Shown: piece by piece, positions 11,701-26,700 of the stretch
How the letters are laid out: every line of letters starts with the position of its first letter
Position numbering within the stretch: position 1 is the stretch's first letter
NCBI GenBank assembly: GCA_965235115.1
Contig: OZ249436.1
Span: forward strand, 46,502,001 to 46,566,000
Direction of reading: 5' to 3'
DNA: 64,000 nucleotides
Origin: Laetmonice hystrix
Taxonomy: Eukaryota
Notes under the pieces: model-generated
The model's input: the letters and a program-made list of their open reading frames with translations, nothing else
Databases searched by the model: none
What the model was told of the DNA's origin: nothing
Translations under genes and position numbers: made by a program

Positions 11701-14700
11701 TCACTGTAGTGTTCGTTTGGGTGCTAGGCCAGCCAGTATACCTTGTAGCGATTCCTCCCCGTACTGTTTGGCCTCCCTGTACCGTTTGCTTGTATACAAG
11801 AGTAGCCAGTAGTATAGGGACGCCTCATGTTTCAGTTTCCATGCCTTTATTGTCCAGGAGGCAGGACATACGTTTCGTCTATCATCTACTCCCATCTTAT
11901 CTGTGTCCCCTACAGACCATCTGTAAGCGTCCGACAACGTTGTCAGGTCGTCCCAATGACTGTTTGCCGTCAAGGTTTAGTTAACAATGGCAAATGACGT
12001 TGTACGCCTATTCTATATCAGATATCCCCTCCCCAAGTAACAAACAAACAAACAAAGGATGATTACCCAGAGATGTTGCCGGCAGAAAACACCAAGGTGC
12101 AGCTGACGGCGCTGACTGCACTGCCGCCTTCCGGACAGCGGTGGAATCACCACGTACACCTGGCCGGGCTGGCAGGCACCTGTGGCCCTTAGGCGAGAGA
12201 CAGGTTAAAGCAATGATAAGCGAAAAATGGCTACATTTTTGATACGTCAAATTGAAACTACGGCCCCCAAAATTATTATTCTTAGGCCAGATGTATAACT
12301 GTCAAGCGTATAGGTCTCGTACGTTCGCTACAGATATATGGTTGTGATGTGTACACTTCCCATTTGAGTATCTTCTCCAGATTTTAACATTAGATGCTCC
12401 TCGCCTGTACCTTTCATTTCCACTACCTCACTGTAGTGTTTGCATGGCTACTATAGGCCAGCTGATAAGATGTAGGGACTTCTCACTCTACTGGTTGGCC
12501 TCCCACACTGCTTAATTGGCTCCACAGTGTACTGTTTGGCCTCACTGTACTCTTTGGCCTCACTGTAGTTTTCGTTTGGGTGCTAGGCCAGCCAGTATAC
12601 CTTGTACCGATTCCTCCCCGTACTGTTTGGCCTCCCTGTACCGTTTGCTTGTATACAAGAGTAGCCAGTAGTATAGGGACGCCTCATGTTTCAGTTTCCA
12701 TGCCTTTATTGTCCAGGAGGCAGGACATACGTTTCGTCTATCATCTACTCCCATCTTATCTGTGTCCCCTACAGACCATCTGTAAGCGTCCGACAACGTT
12801 GTCAGGTCGTCCCAATGACTGTTTGCCGTCAAGGTTTAGTTAACAATGGCAAATGACGTTGTACGCCTATTCTATATCAGATATCCCATCCCCAAGTAAC
12901 AAACAAACAAACAAAGGATGATTACCCAGAGATGTTGCCGGCAGAAAACACCAAGGTGCAGCTGACGGCGCTGACTGCACTGCCGCCTTCCGGACAGCGG
13001 TGGAATCACCACGTACACCTGGCCGGGCTGGCAGGCACCTGTGGCCCTTAGGCGAGAGACAGGTTAAAGCAATGATAAGCGAAAAATGGCTACATTTTTG
13101 ATACGTCAAATTGAAACTACGGCCCCCAAAATTATTATTCTTAGGCCAGATGTATAACTGTCAAGCGTATAGGTCTCGTACGTTCGCTACAGATATATGG
13201 TTGTGATGTGTACACTTCCCATTTGAGTATCTTCTCCAGATTTTAACATTAGATGCTCCTCGCCTGTACCTTTCATTTCCACTACCTCACTGTAGTGTTT
13301 GCATGGCTACTATAGGCCAGCTGATAAGATGTAGGGACTTCTCACTCTACTGGTTGGCCTCCCACACTGCTTAATTGGCTCCACAGTGTACTGTTTGGCC
13401 TCACTGTACTCTTTGGCCTCACTGTAGTTTTCGTTTGGGTGCTAGGCCAGCCAGTATACCTTGTACCGATTCCTCCCCGTACTGTTTGGCCTCCCTGTAC
13501 CGTTTGCTTGTATACAAGAGTAGCCAGTAGTATAGGGACGCCTCATGTTTCAGTTTCCATGCCTTTATTGTCCAGGAGGCAGGACATACGTTTCGTCTAT
13601 CATCTACTCCTATCTTATCTGTGTCCCCTACAGACCATCTGTAAGCGTCCGACAACGTTGTCAGGTCGTCCCAATGACTGTTTGCCGTCAAGGTTTAGTT
13701 AACAATGGCAAATGACGTTGTACGCCTATTCTATATCAGATATCCCATCCCCAAGTAACAAACAAACAAACAAAGGATGATTACCCAGAGATTTTGCCGG
13801 CAGAAAACACCAGGGTGCAGCTGACGGCGCTGACTGCACTGCCGCCTTCCGGCCAGCGGTGGAATCATCACGTACACCCTGCCGGGCTGGCAGGCACCTG
13901 TGGCCCTTAGGCGAGAGACCGGTTAAAACAAGGATAAGCGAAAAATGGCTACATTTTTGATACGTCAAATTGAAACTACGGCCCCCAAAATTATTATTCT
14001 TAGGCCAGATGTATAACTGTCAAGCGTATAGGTCTCGTACGTTCGCTACAGATATATGGTTGTGATGTGTACACTTCCCATTTGAGTATCTTCTCGAGAT
14101 TTTAACATTAGATGCTCCTCGCCTGTACCTTTCATTTCCACTACCTCACTGTAGTGTTTGCATGGCTACTATAGGCCAGCTGGTAAGATGTAGGGACTTC
14201 TCACTCTACTGGTTCGCCTCCCACACTGCTTGGCTCCACAGTGTAGGCCTACTCTTTGGCCTCACTGTACTCTTTGGCCTCACTGTAGTGTTCGTTTGGG
14301 TGCTAGGCCAGCCAGTATACCTTGTAGCGATTCCTCCCCGTACTGTTTGGCCTCCCTGTACCGTTTGCTTGTATACAAGAGTAGCCAGTAGTATAGGGAC
14401 GCCTCATGTTTCAGTTTCCATGCCTTTATTGTCCAGGAGGCAGGACATACGTTTCGTCTATCATCTACTCCCATCTTATCTGTGTCCCCTACAGACCATC
14501 TGTAAGCGTCCGACAACGTTGTCAGGTCGTCCCAATGACTGTTTGCCGTCAAGGTTGAGTTAACAATGGCAAATGACGTTGTACGCCTATTCTATATAAG
14601 ATATCCCATCCCCAAGTAACAAACAAACAAAAGATGATTACCCAGAGATTTTGCCGGCAGAAAACACCAGGGTGCAGCTGACGGCGCTGACTGCACTGCC

Positions 14701-17700
14701 GCCTTCCGGCCAGCGGTGGAATCACCACGTACACCTGGCCGGGCTGGCAGGCACCTGTGGCCCTTAGGCGAGAGACAGGTTAAAGCAAGAATAAGCGAAA
14801 AATGGCTACATTTTTGATACGTCAAATTGAAACTACGGCCCCCAAAATTATTATTCTTAGACCAGATGTATAACTGTCAAGCGTATAGGTCTCGTACCTT
14901 CGCTACAGATATATGGTTGTGATGTGTACACTTCCCATTTGAGTATCTTCTCCAGATTTTAACATTAGATGCTCCTCGCCTGTACCTTTCATTTCCACTA
15001 CCTCACTGTAGTGTTTGCATGGCTACTATAGGCCAGCTAATAAGATGTAGGGACTTCTCACTCTACTGGTTGGCCTCCCACACTGCTTAATTGGCTCCAC
15101 AGTGTACTGTTTGGCCTCACTGTACTCTTTGGCCTCACTGTAGTGTTCGTTTGGGTGCTAGGCCAGCCAGTATACCTTGTAGCGATTCCTCCCCGTACTG
15201 TTTGGCCTCCCTGTACCGTTTGCTTGTATACAAGAGTAGCCAGTAGTATAGGGACGCCTCATGTTTCAGTTTCCATGCCTTTATTGTCCAGGAGGCAGGA
15301 CATACGTTTCGTCTATCATCTACTCCCATCTTATCTGTGTCCCCTACAGACCATCTGTAAGCGTCCGACAACGTTGTCAGGTCGTCCCAATGACTGTTTG
15401 CCGTCAAGGTTTAGTTAACAATGGCAAATGACGTTGTACGCCTATTCTATATCAGATATCCCATCCCCAAGTAACAAACAAACAAACAAAGGATGATTAC
15501 CCAGAGATGTTGCCGGCAGAAAACACCAAGGTGCAGCTGACGGAGCTGACTGCACTGCCGCCTTCCGGACAGCGGTGGAATCACCACGTACACCTGGCCG
15601 GGCTGGCAGGCACCTGTGGCCCTTAGGCGAGAGACAGGTTAAAGCAATGATAAGCGAAAAATGGCTACATTTTTGATACGTCAAATTGAAACTACGGCCC
15701 CCAAAATTATTATTCTTAGGCCAGATGTATAACTGTCAAGCGTATAGGTCTCGTACGTTCGCTACAGATATATGGTTGTGATGTGTACACTTCCCATTTG
15801 AGTATCTTCTCCAGATTTTAACATTAGATGCTCCTCGCCTGTACCTTTCATTTCCACTACCTCACTGTAGTGTTTGCATGGCTACTATAGGCCAGCTGAT
15901 AAGATGTAGGGACTTCTCACTCTACTGGTTGGCCTCCCACACTGCTTAATTGGCTCCACAGTGTACTGTTTGGCCTCACTGTACTCTTTGGCCTCACTGT
16001 AGTTTTCGTTTGGGTGCTAGGCCAGCCAGTATACCTTGTACCGATTCCTCCCCGTACTGTTTGGCCTCCCTGTACCGTTTGCTTGTATACAAGAGTAGCC
16101 AGTAGTATAGGGACGCCTCATGTTTCAGTTTCCATGCCTTTATTGTCCAGGAGGCAGGACATACGTTTCGTCTATCATCTACTCCTATCTTATCTGTGTC
16201 CCCTACAGACCATCTGTAAGCGTCCGACAACGTTGTCAGGTCGTCCCAATGACTGTTTGCCGTCAAGGTTTAGTTAACAATGGCAAATGACGTTGTACGC
16301 CTATTCTATATCAGATATCCCATCCCCAAGTAACAAACAAACAAACAAAGGATGATTACCCAGAGATTTTGCCGGCAGAAAACACCAGGGTGCAGCTGAC
16401 GGCGCTGACTGCACTGCCGCCTTCCGGCCAGCGGTGGAATCATCACGTACACCCTGCCGGGCTGGCAGGCACCTGTGGCCCTTAGGCGAGAGACCGGTTA
16501 AAACAAGGATAAGCGAAAAATGGCTACATTTTTGATACGTCAAATTGAAACTACGGCCCCCAAAATTATTATTCTTAGGCCAGATGTATAACTGTCAAGC
16601 GTATAGGTCTCGTACGTTCGCTACAGATATATGGTTGTGATGTGTACACTTCCCATTTGAGTATCTTCTCGAGATTTTAACATTAGATGCTCCTCGCCTG
16701 TACCTTTCATTTCCACTACCTCACTGTAGTGTTTGCATGGCTACTATAGGCCAGCTGGTAAGATGTAGGGACTTCTCACTCTACTGGTTCGCCTCCCACA
16801 CTGCTTGGCTCCACAGTGTAGGCCTACTCTTTGGCCTCACTGTACTCTTTGGCCTCACTGTAGTGTTCGTTTGGGTGCTAGGCCAGCCAGTATACTTTGT
16901 AGCGATTCCTCCCCGTACTGTTTGGCCTCCCTGTACCGTTTGCTTGTATACAAGAGTAGCCAGTAGTATAGGGACGCCTCATGTTTCAGTTTCCATGCCT
17001 TTATTGTCCAGGAGGCAGGACATACGTTTCGTCTATCATCTACTCCCATCTTATCTGTGTCCCCTACAGACCATCTGTAAGCGTCCGACAACGTTGTCAG
17101 GTCGTCCCAATGACTGTTTGCCGTCAAGGTTGAGTTAACAATGGCAAATGACGTTGTACGCCTATTCTATATCAGATATCCCATCCCCAAGTAACAAACA
17201 AACAAAAGATGATTACCCAGAGATTTTGCCGGCAGAAAACACCAGGGTGCAGCTGACGGCGCTGACTGCACTGCCGCCTTCCGGCCAGCGGTGGAATCAC
17301 CACGTACACCTGGCCGGGCTGGCAGGCACCTGTGGCCCTTAGGCGAGAGACAGGTTAAAGCAAGAATAAGCGAAAAATGGCTACATTTTTGATACGTCAA
17401 ATTGAAACTACGCCCCCCAAAATTATTATTCTTAGGCCAGATGTATAAGTGTCAAGCGTATAGGTCTCGTACCTTCGCTACAGATATATGGTTGTGATGT
17501 GTACACTTCCCATTTGAGTATCTTCTCCAGATTTTAACATTAGATGCTCCTCGCCTGTACCTTTCATTTCCACTACCTCACTGTAGTGTTTGCATGGCTA
17601 CTATAGGCCAGATGGTAAGATGTAGGGACTTCTCACTCTACTGGTTGGCCTCCCACACGGCTTGGCTCCACAGTGTACTGTTTGGCCTCACTGTACTCTT

Positions 17701-20700
17701 TGGCCTCACTGTAGTGTTCGTTTGGGTGCTAGGCCAGTCAGTATACCTTGTAGCGATTCCTCCCCGTACTGTTTGGCCTCACTGTACCGTTTGCTTGTAT
17801 ACAAGAGTAGCCAGTAGTATAGGGACGCCTTATGTTTCAGTTTCCATGCCTTTATTGTCCAGGAGGCAGGCCATACGTTTCGTCTATCATCTACTCCCAT
17901 CTAATCTGTGTTCCCTACAGACCATCTGTAAGCGTCCGACAACGTTGTCAGGTCGTCCCGATGACTGTTTGCCGTCAAGGTTTAGTTAACAATGGCAAAT
18001 GACGTTGTACGCCTATTCTATATCAGATATCCCATCCCCAAGTAACAAACAAACAAAAGATGATTACCCAGAGATTTTGCCGGCAGAAAACACCAGGGTG
18101 CAGCTGACGGCGCTGACTGCACTGCCGCCTTCCGGCCAGCGGTGGAATCACCACGTACACCTGGCCGGGCTGGCAGGCACCTGTGGCCCTTAGGCGAGAG
18201 ACAGGTTAAAGCAAGAATAAGCGAAAAATGGCTAGATTTTTGATACGTCAAATTGAAACTACGGCCCCCAAAATTATTATTCTTAGGCCAGATGTATAAG
18301 TGTCAAGCGTATAGGTCTCGTACGTTCGCTACAGATATATGGTTGTGATGTGTACACTTCCCATTTGAGTATCTTCTCGACATTTTAACATTAGATGCTC
18401 CTCGCCTGTACCTTACATTTCCACTACCTCACTGTAGTGTTTGCATGGCTACTATAGGCCAGATGGTAAGATGTAGGGACTTCTCACTCTACTGGTTGGC
18501 CTCCCACACGGCTTGGCTCCACAGTGTACTCTTTGGCCTCACTGTACTCTTTGGCCTCGCTGTAGTGTTCGTTTGGGTGCTAGGCCAGCCAGTATACCTT
18601 GTAGCGATTCCTCCCCGTACTGTTTGGCCTCCCTGTACCGTTTGCTTGTATGCAAGAGTAGCCAGTAGTATAGGGACGCCTCATGTTCCAGTTTCCATGC
18701 CTTTATTGTCCAGGAGGCAGGCCATACGTTTCGTCTATTCTCTACTCCCATCTAATCTGTGTCCCCTACAGACCATCTGTAAGCGTCCGACAACGTTGTC
18801 AGGTCGTCCCAATGACTGTTTGCCGTCAAGGTTTAGTTAACAATGGCAAATGACGTTGTACGCCTATTCTATATCAGATATCCCATCCCCAAGTAACAAA
18901 CAAACAAACAAAGGATGATTACCCAGAGATGTTGCCGGCAGAAAACACCAGGGTGCAGCTGACGGCGCTGACTGCACTGCCGCCTTCCGGCCAGCGGTGG
19001 AATCACCACGTACACCTGGCCGGGCTGGCAGGCACCTGTGGCCCTTAGGCGAGAGACAGGTTAAAGCAATGATAAGCGAAAAATGGCTACATTTTTGATA
19101 CGTCAAATTGAAACTACGCCCCCCAAAATTATTATTCTTAGGCCAGATGTATAAGTGTCAAGCGTATAGGTCTCGTACCTTCGCTACAGATATATGGTTG
19201 TGATGTGTACATTTCCCATTTGAGTATCTTCTCCAGATTTTAACATTAGATGCTCCTCGCCTGTACCTTTCATTTCCATTACCTCACTGTAGTGTTTGCA
19301 TGGCTACTATAGGCCAGCTGATAAGATGTAAGGACTTCGCACTCTACTGGTTGGCCTCCCACACTGCTTGGCTCCACAGTGTACTCTTTGGCCTCACTGT
19401 ACTCCTTGGCCTCACTGTAGTGTTCGTTTGGGTGCTAGGCCATCCAGTATACCTTGTAGCGATTCCTCCCCGTGCTGTTTGGCCTCCCTGTACCGTTTGC
19501 TTGTATACAAGAGTAGCCAGTAGTATAGGGACGCCTCATGTTTCAGTTTCCATGCCTTTATTGTCCAGGAGGCAAGCCATACGTTTCTTCTATCATCTAC
19601 TCCCATCTAATCTATGTCCCCTACAAACCATCTGTAAGCGTCCGACAACGTTGTCAGGTCGACCCAATGACTGTTTGCCGTCAAGGTTGAGTTAACAATG
19701 GCAAATGACGTTGTACGCCTATTCTATATCAGATATCCCATCCCCAAGTAACAAACAAACAAACAAAGGATGATTACCCAGAGATTTTGCCGGCAGAAAA
19801 CACCAGGGTGCAGCTGACGGCGCTGACTGCACTGCCGCCTTCCGGCCAGCGGTGGAATCACCACGTACACCTGGCCGGGCTGGCAGGCACCTGTGGCCCT
19901 TAGGCGAGAGACAGGTTAAAGCAAGAATAAGCGAAAAATGGCTACATTTTTGATACGTCAAATTGAAACTACGGCCCCCAAAATTATTATTCTTACGCCA
20001 GATGTATAACTGTCAAGCGTATAGGTCTCGTACGTTCGCTACAGATATATGGTTGTGATGTGTACACTTCCCATTTGAGTATCTTCTCGACATTTTAACA
20101 TTAGATGCTCCTCGCCTGTACCTTACATTTCCACTACCTCACTGTAGTGTTTGCATGGCTACTATAGGCCAGATGGTAAGATGTAGGGACTTCTCACTCT
20201 ACTGGTTGGCCTCCCACACGGCTTGGCTCCACAGTGTACTCTTTGGCCTCACTGTACTCTTTGGCCTCGCTGTAGTGTTCGTTTGGATGCTAGGCCAGCC
20301 AGTATACCTTGTAGCGATTCCTCCCCGTACTGTTTGGCCTCCCTGTACCGTTTGCTTGTATGCAAGAGTAGCCAGTAGTATAGGGACGCCTCATGTTTCA
20401 GTTTCCATGCCTTTATTGTCCAGGAGGCAGGCCATACGTTTCGTCTATTCTCTACTCCCATCTAATCTGTGTCCCCTACAGACCATCTGTAAGCGTCCGA
20501 CAACGTTGTCAGGTCGTCCCAATGACTGTTTGCCGTCAAGGTTTAGTTAACAATGGCAAATGACGTTGTACGCCTATTCTATATCAGATATCCCATCCCC
20601 AAGTAACAAACAAACACACAAAGGATGATTACCCAGAGATGTTGCCGGCAGAAAACACCAGGGTGCAGCTGACGGCGCTGACTTCACTGCCGCCTTCCGG

Positions 20701-23700
20701 CCAGCGGTGGAATCACCACGTACACCTGGCCGGGCTGGCAGGCACCTGTGGCCCTTAGGCGAGAGACAGGTTAAAGCAATGATAAGCGAAAAATGGCTAC
20801 ATTTTTGATACGTCAAATTGAAACTACGCCCCCCAAAATTATTATTCTTAGGCCAGATGTATAAGTGTCAAGCGTATAGGTCTCGTACCTTCGCTACAGA
20901 TATATGGTTGTGATGTGTACATTTCCCATTTGAGTATCTTCTCCAGATTTTAACATTAGATGCTCCTCGCCTGTACCTTTCATTTCCATTACCTCACTGT
21001 AGTGTTTGCATGGCTACTATAGGCCAGCTGATAAGATGTAAGGACTTCTCACTCTACTGGTTGGCCTCCCACACTGCTTGGCTCCACATTGTACTCTTTG
21101 GCCTCACTGTACTCCTTGGCCTCACTGTAGTGTTCGTTTGGGTGCTAGGCCATCCAGTATACCTTGTAGCGATTCCTCCCCGTGCTGTTTGGCCTCCCTG
21201 TACCGTTTGCTTGTATACAAGAGTAGCCAGTAGTATAGGGACGCCTCATGTTTCAGTTTCCATGCCTTTATTGTCCAGGAGGCAAGCCATACGTTTCTTC
21301 TATCATCTACTCCCATCTAATCTATGTCCCCTACAAACCATCTGTAAGCGTCCGACAACGTTGTCAGGTCGACCCAATGACTGTTTGCCGTCAAGGTTGA
21401 GTTAACAATGGCAAATGACGTTGTACGCCTATTCTATATCAGATATCCCATCCCCAAGTAACAAACAAACAAACAAAGGATGATTACCCAGAGATTTTGC
21501 CGGCAGAAAACACCAGGGTGCAGCTGACGGCGCTGACTGCACTGCCGCCTTCCGGCCAGCGGTGGAATCACCACGTACACCTGGCCGGGCTGGCAGGCAC
21601 CTGTGGCCCTTAGGCGAGAGACAGGTTAAAGCAAGAATAAGCGAAAAATGGCTACATTTTTGATACGTCAAATTGAAACTACGGCCCCCAAAATTATTAT
21701 TCTTAGGCCAGATGTATGACTGTCAAGCGTATAGGTCTCGTACGTTCGCTACAGATATATGGTTGTGATGTGTACACCTCCCATTTGAGTATCTTCTCGA
21801 CATTTTAACATTAGATGCTCCTCGCCTGTACCTTACATTTCCACTACCTCACTGTAGTGTTTGCATGGCTACTATAGGCCAGATGGTAAGATGTAGGGAC
21901 TTCTCACTCTACTGGTTGGCCTCCCACACGGCTTGGCTCCACAGTGTACTGTTTGGCATCACTGTACTCTTTGGCCTCACTGTAGTGTTCGTTTGGGTGC
22001 TAGGCCAGTCAGTATACCTTGTAGCGATTCCTCCCCGTACTGTTTGGCCTCACTGTACCGTTTGCTTGTATACAAGAGTAGCCAGTAGTATAGGGACGCC
22101 TTATGTTTCAGTTTCTATGCCTTTATTGTCCAGGAGGCAGGCCATACGTTTCGTCTATCATCTACTCCCATCTAATCTGTGTTCCCTACAGACCATCTGT
22201 AAGCGTCCGACAACGTTGTCAGGTCGTCCCAATGACTGTTTGCCGTCAAGGTTTAGTTAACAATGGCAAATGACGTTGTACGCCTATTCTATATCAGATA
22301 TCCCATCCCCAAGTAACAAACAAACAAACAAAGGATGATTACCCAGAGATGTTGCCGGCAGAAAACACCAGGGTGCAGCTGACGGCGCTGACTGCACTGC
22401 CGCCTTCCGGCCAGCGGTGGAATCACCACGTACACCTGGCCGGGCTGGCAGGCACCTGTGGCCCTTAGGCGAGAGACAGGTTAAAGCAATGATAAGCGAA
22501 AAATGGCTACATTTTTGATACGTCAAATTGAAACTACGCCCCCCAAAATTATTATTCTTAGGCCAGATGTATAAGTGTCAAGCGTATAGGTCTCGTACCT
22601 TCGCTACAGATATATGGTTGTGATGTGTACATTTCCCATTTGAGTATCTTCTCCAGATTTTAACATTAGATGCTCCTCGCCTGTACCTTTCATTTCCATT
22701 ACCTCACTGTAGTGTTTGCATGGCTACTATAGGCCAGCTGATAAGATGTAAGGACTTCTCACTCTACTGGTTGGCCTCCCACACTGCTTGGCTCCACAGT
22801 GTACTCTTTGGCCTCACTGTACTCCTTGGCCTCACTGTAGTGTTCGTTTGGGTGCTAGGCCATCCAGTATACCTTGTAGCGATTCCTCCCCGTGCTGTTT
22901 GGCCTCCCTGTACCGTTTGCTTGTATACAAGAGTAGCCAGTAGTATAGGGACGCCTCATGTTTCAGTTTCCATGCCTTTATTGTCCAGGAGGCAAGCCAT
23001 ACGTTTCTTCTATCATCTACTCCCATCTAATCTATGTCCCCTACAAACCATCTGTAAGCGTCCGACAACGTTGTCAGGTCGACCCAATGACTGTTTGCCG
23101 TCAAGGTTGAGTTAACAATGGCAAATGACGTTGTACGCCTATTCTATATCAGATATCCCATCCCCAAGTAACAAACAAACAAACAAAGGATGATTACCCA
23201 GAGATGTTGCCGGCAGAAAACACCAGGGTGCAGCTGACGGCGCTGACTGCACTGCCGCCTTCCGGCCAGCGGTGGAATCACCACGTACACCTGGCCGGGC
23301 TGGCAGGCACCTGTGGCCCTTAGGCGAGAGACAGGTTAAAGCAAGAATAAGCGAAAAATGGCTACATTTTTGATACGTCAAATTGAAACTACGGCCCCCA
23401 AAATTATTATTCTTAGGCCAGATGTATAACTGTCAAGCGTATAGGTCTCGTACGTTCGCTACAGATATATGGTTGTGATGTGTACACTTCCCATTTGAGT
23501 ATCTTCTCGATATTTTAACATTAGATGCTCCTCGCCTGTACCTTACATTTCCACTACCTCACTGTAGTGTTTGCATGGCTACTATAGGCCAGATGGTAAG
23601 ATGTAGGGACTTCTCACTCTACTGGTTGGCCTCCCACACGGCTTGGCTCCACAGTGTACTGTTTGGCCTCACTGTACTCTTTGGCCTCACTGTAGTGTTC

Positions 23701-26700
23701 GTTTGGGTGCTAGGCCAGTCAGTATACCTTGTAGCGATTCCTCCCCGTACTGTTTGGCCTCACTGTACCGTTTGCTTGTATACAAGAGTAGCCAGTAGTA
23801 TAGGGACGCCTTATGTTTCAGTTTCCATGCCTTTATTGTCCAGGAGGCAGGCCATACGTTTCGTCTATCATCTACTCCCATCTAATCTGTGTTCCCTACA
23901 GACCATCTGTAAGCGTCCGACAACGTTGTCAGGTCGTCCCGATGACTTTTTGCCGTCAAGGTTTAGTTAACAATGGCAAATGACGTTGTACGCCTATTCT
24001 ATATCAGATATCCCATCCCCAAGTAACAAACAAACAAAAGATGATTACCCAGAGATTTTGCCGGCAGAAAACACCAGGGTGCAGCTGACGGCGCTGACTG
24101 CACTGCCGCCTTCCGGCCAGCGGTGGAATCACCACGTACACCTGGCCGGGCTGGCAGGCACCTGTGGCCCTTAGGCGAGAGACAGGTTAAAGCAAGAATA
24201 AGCGAAAAATGGCTAGATTTTTGATACGTCAAATTGAAACTACGGCCCCCAAAATTATTATTTGTAGGCCAGATGTATAACTGTCAAGCGTATAGGTCTC
24301 GTACGTTCGCTACAGATATATGGTTGTGATGTGTACACTTCCCATTTGAGTATCTTCTCGACATTTTAACATTAGATGCTCCTCGCCTGTACCTTACATT
24401 TCCACTACCTCACTGTAGTGTTTGCATGGCTACTATAGGCCAGATGGTAAGATGTAGGGACTTCTCACTCTACTGGTTGGCCTCCCACACGGCTTGGCTC
24501 CACAGTGTACTCTTTGGCCTCACTGTACTCTTTGGCCTCGCTGTAGTGTTCGTTTGGGTGCTAGGCCAGCCAGTATACCTTGTAGCGATTCCTCCCCGTA
24601 CTGTTTGGCCTCCCTGTACCGTTTGCTTGTATGCAAGAGTAGCCAGTAGTATAGGGACGCCTCATGTTTCAGTTTCCATGCCTTTATTGTCCAGGAGGCA
24701 GGCCATACGTTTCGTCTATTCTCTACTCCCATCTAATCTGTGTCCCCTACAGACCATCTGTAAGCGTCCGACAACGTTGTCAGGTCGTCCCAATGACTGT
24801 TTGCCGTCAAGGTTTAGTTAACAATGGCAAATGACGTTGTACGCCTATTCTATATCAGATATCCCATCCCCAAGTAACAAACAAACAAACAAAGGATGAT
24901 TACCCAGAGATGTTGCCGGCAGAAAACACCAGGGTGCAGCTGACGGCGCTGACTGCACTGCCGCCTTCCGGCCAGCGGTGGAATCACCACGTACACCTGG
25001 CCGGGCTGGCAGGCACCTGTGGCCCTTAGGCGAGAGACAGGTTAAAGCAATGATAAGCGAAAAATGGCTACATTTTTGATACGTCAAATTGAAACTACGC
25101 CCCCCAAAATTATTATTCTTAGGCCAGATGTATAAGTGTCAAGCGTATAGGTCTCGTACCTTCGCTACAGATATATGGTTGTGATGTGTACATTTCCCAT
25201 TTGAGTATCTTCTCCAGATTTTAACATTAGATGCTCCTCGCCTGTACCTTTCATTTCCATTACCTCACTGTAGTGTTTGCATGGCTACTATAGGCCAGCT
25301 GATAAGATGTAAGGACTTCTCACTCTACTGGTTGGCCTCCCACACTGCTTGGCTCCACAGTGTACTCTTTGGCCTCACTGTACTCCTTGGCCTCACTGTA
25401 GTGTTCGTTTGGGTGCTAGGCCATCCAGTATACCTTGTAGCGATTCCTCCCCGTGCTGTTTGGCCTCCCTGTACCGTTTGCTTGTATACAAGAGTAGCCA
25501 GTAGTATAGGGACGCCTCATGTTTCAGTTTCCATGCCTTTATTGTCCAGGAGGCAAGCCATACGTTTCTTCTATCATCTACTCCCATCTAATCTATGTCC
25601 CCTACAAACCATCTGTAAGCGTCCGACAACGTTGTCAGGTCGACCCAATGACTGTTTGCCGTCAAGGTTGAGTTAACAATGGCAAATGACGTTGTACGCC
25701 TATTCTATATCAGATATCCCATCCCCAAGTAACAAACAGGTTAAAGCAAGAATAAGCGAAAAATGGCTACATTTTTGATACGTCAAATTGAAACTACGGC
25801 CCCCAAAATTATTATTCTTAGGCCAGATGTATAACTGTCAAGCGTATAGGTCTCGTACGTTCGCTACAGATATATGGTTGTGATGTGTACACTTCCCATT
25901 TGAGTATCTTCTCGACATTTTAACATTAGATGCTCCTCGCCTGTACCTTTCATTTCCATTACCTCACTGTAGTGTTTGCATGGCTACTATAGGCCAGCTG
26001 ATAAGATGTAAGGACTTCTCACTCTACTGGTTGGCCTCCCACACTGCTTGGCTCCACAGTGTACTCTTTGGCCTCACTGTACTCCTTGGCCTCACTGTAG
26101 TGTTCGTTTGGGTGCTAGGCCATCCAGTATACCTTGTAGCGATTCCTCCCCGTGCTGTTTGGCCTCCCTGTACCGTTTGCTTGTATACAAGAGTAGCCAG
26201 TAGTATAGGGACGCCTCATGTTTCAGTTTCCATGCCTTTATTGTCCAGGAGGCAAGCCATACGTTTCTTCTATCATCTACTCCCATCTAATCTATGTCCC
26301 CTACAAACCATCTGTAAGCGTCCGACAACGTTGTCAGGTCGACCCAATGACTGTTTGCCGTCAAGGTTGAGTTAACAATGGCAAATGACGTTGTACGCCT
26401 ATTCTATATCAGATATCCCATCCCCAAGTAACAAACAAACAAACAAAGGATGATTACCCAGAGATTTTGCCGGCAGAAAACACCAGGGTGCAGCTGACGG
26501 CGCTGACTGCACTGCCGCCTTCCGGCCAGCGGTGGAATCATCACGTACACCCTGCCGGGCTGGCAGGCACCTGTGGCCCTTAGGCGAGAGACCGGTTAAA
26601 ACAAGGATAAGCGAAAAATGGCTACATTTTTGATACGTCAAATTGAAACTACGGCCCCCAAAATTATTATTCTTAGGCCAGATGTATAACTGTCAAGCGT

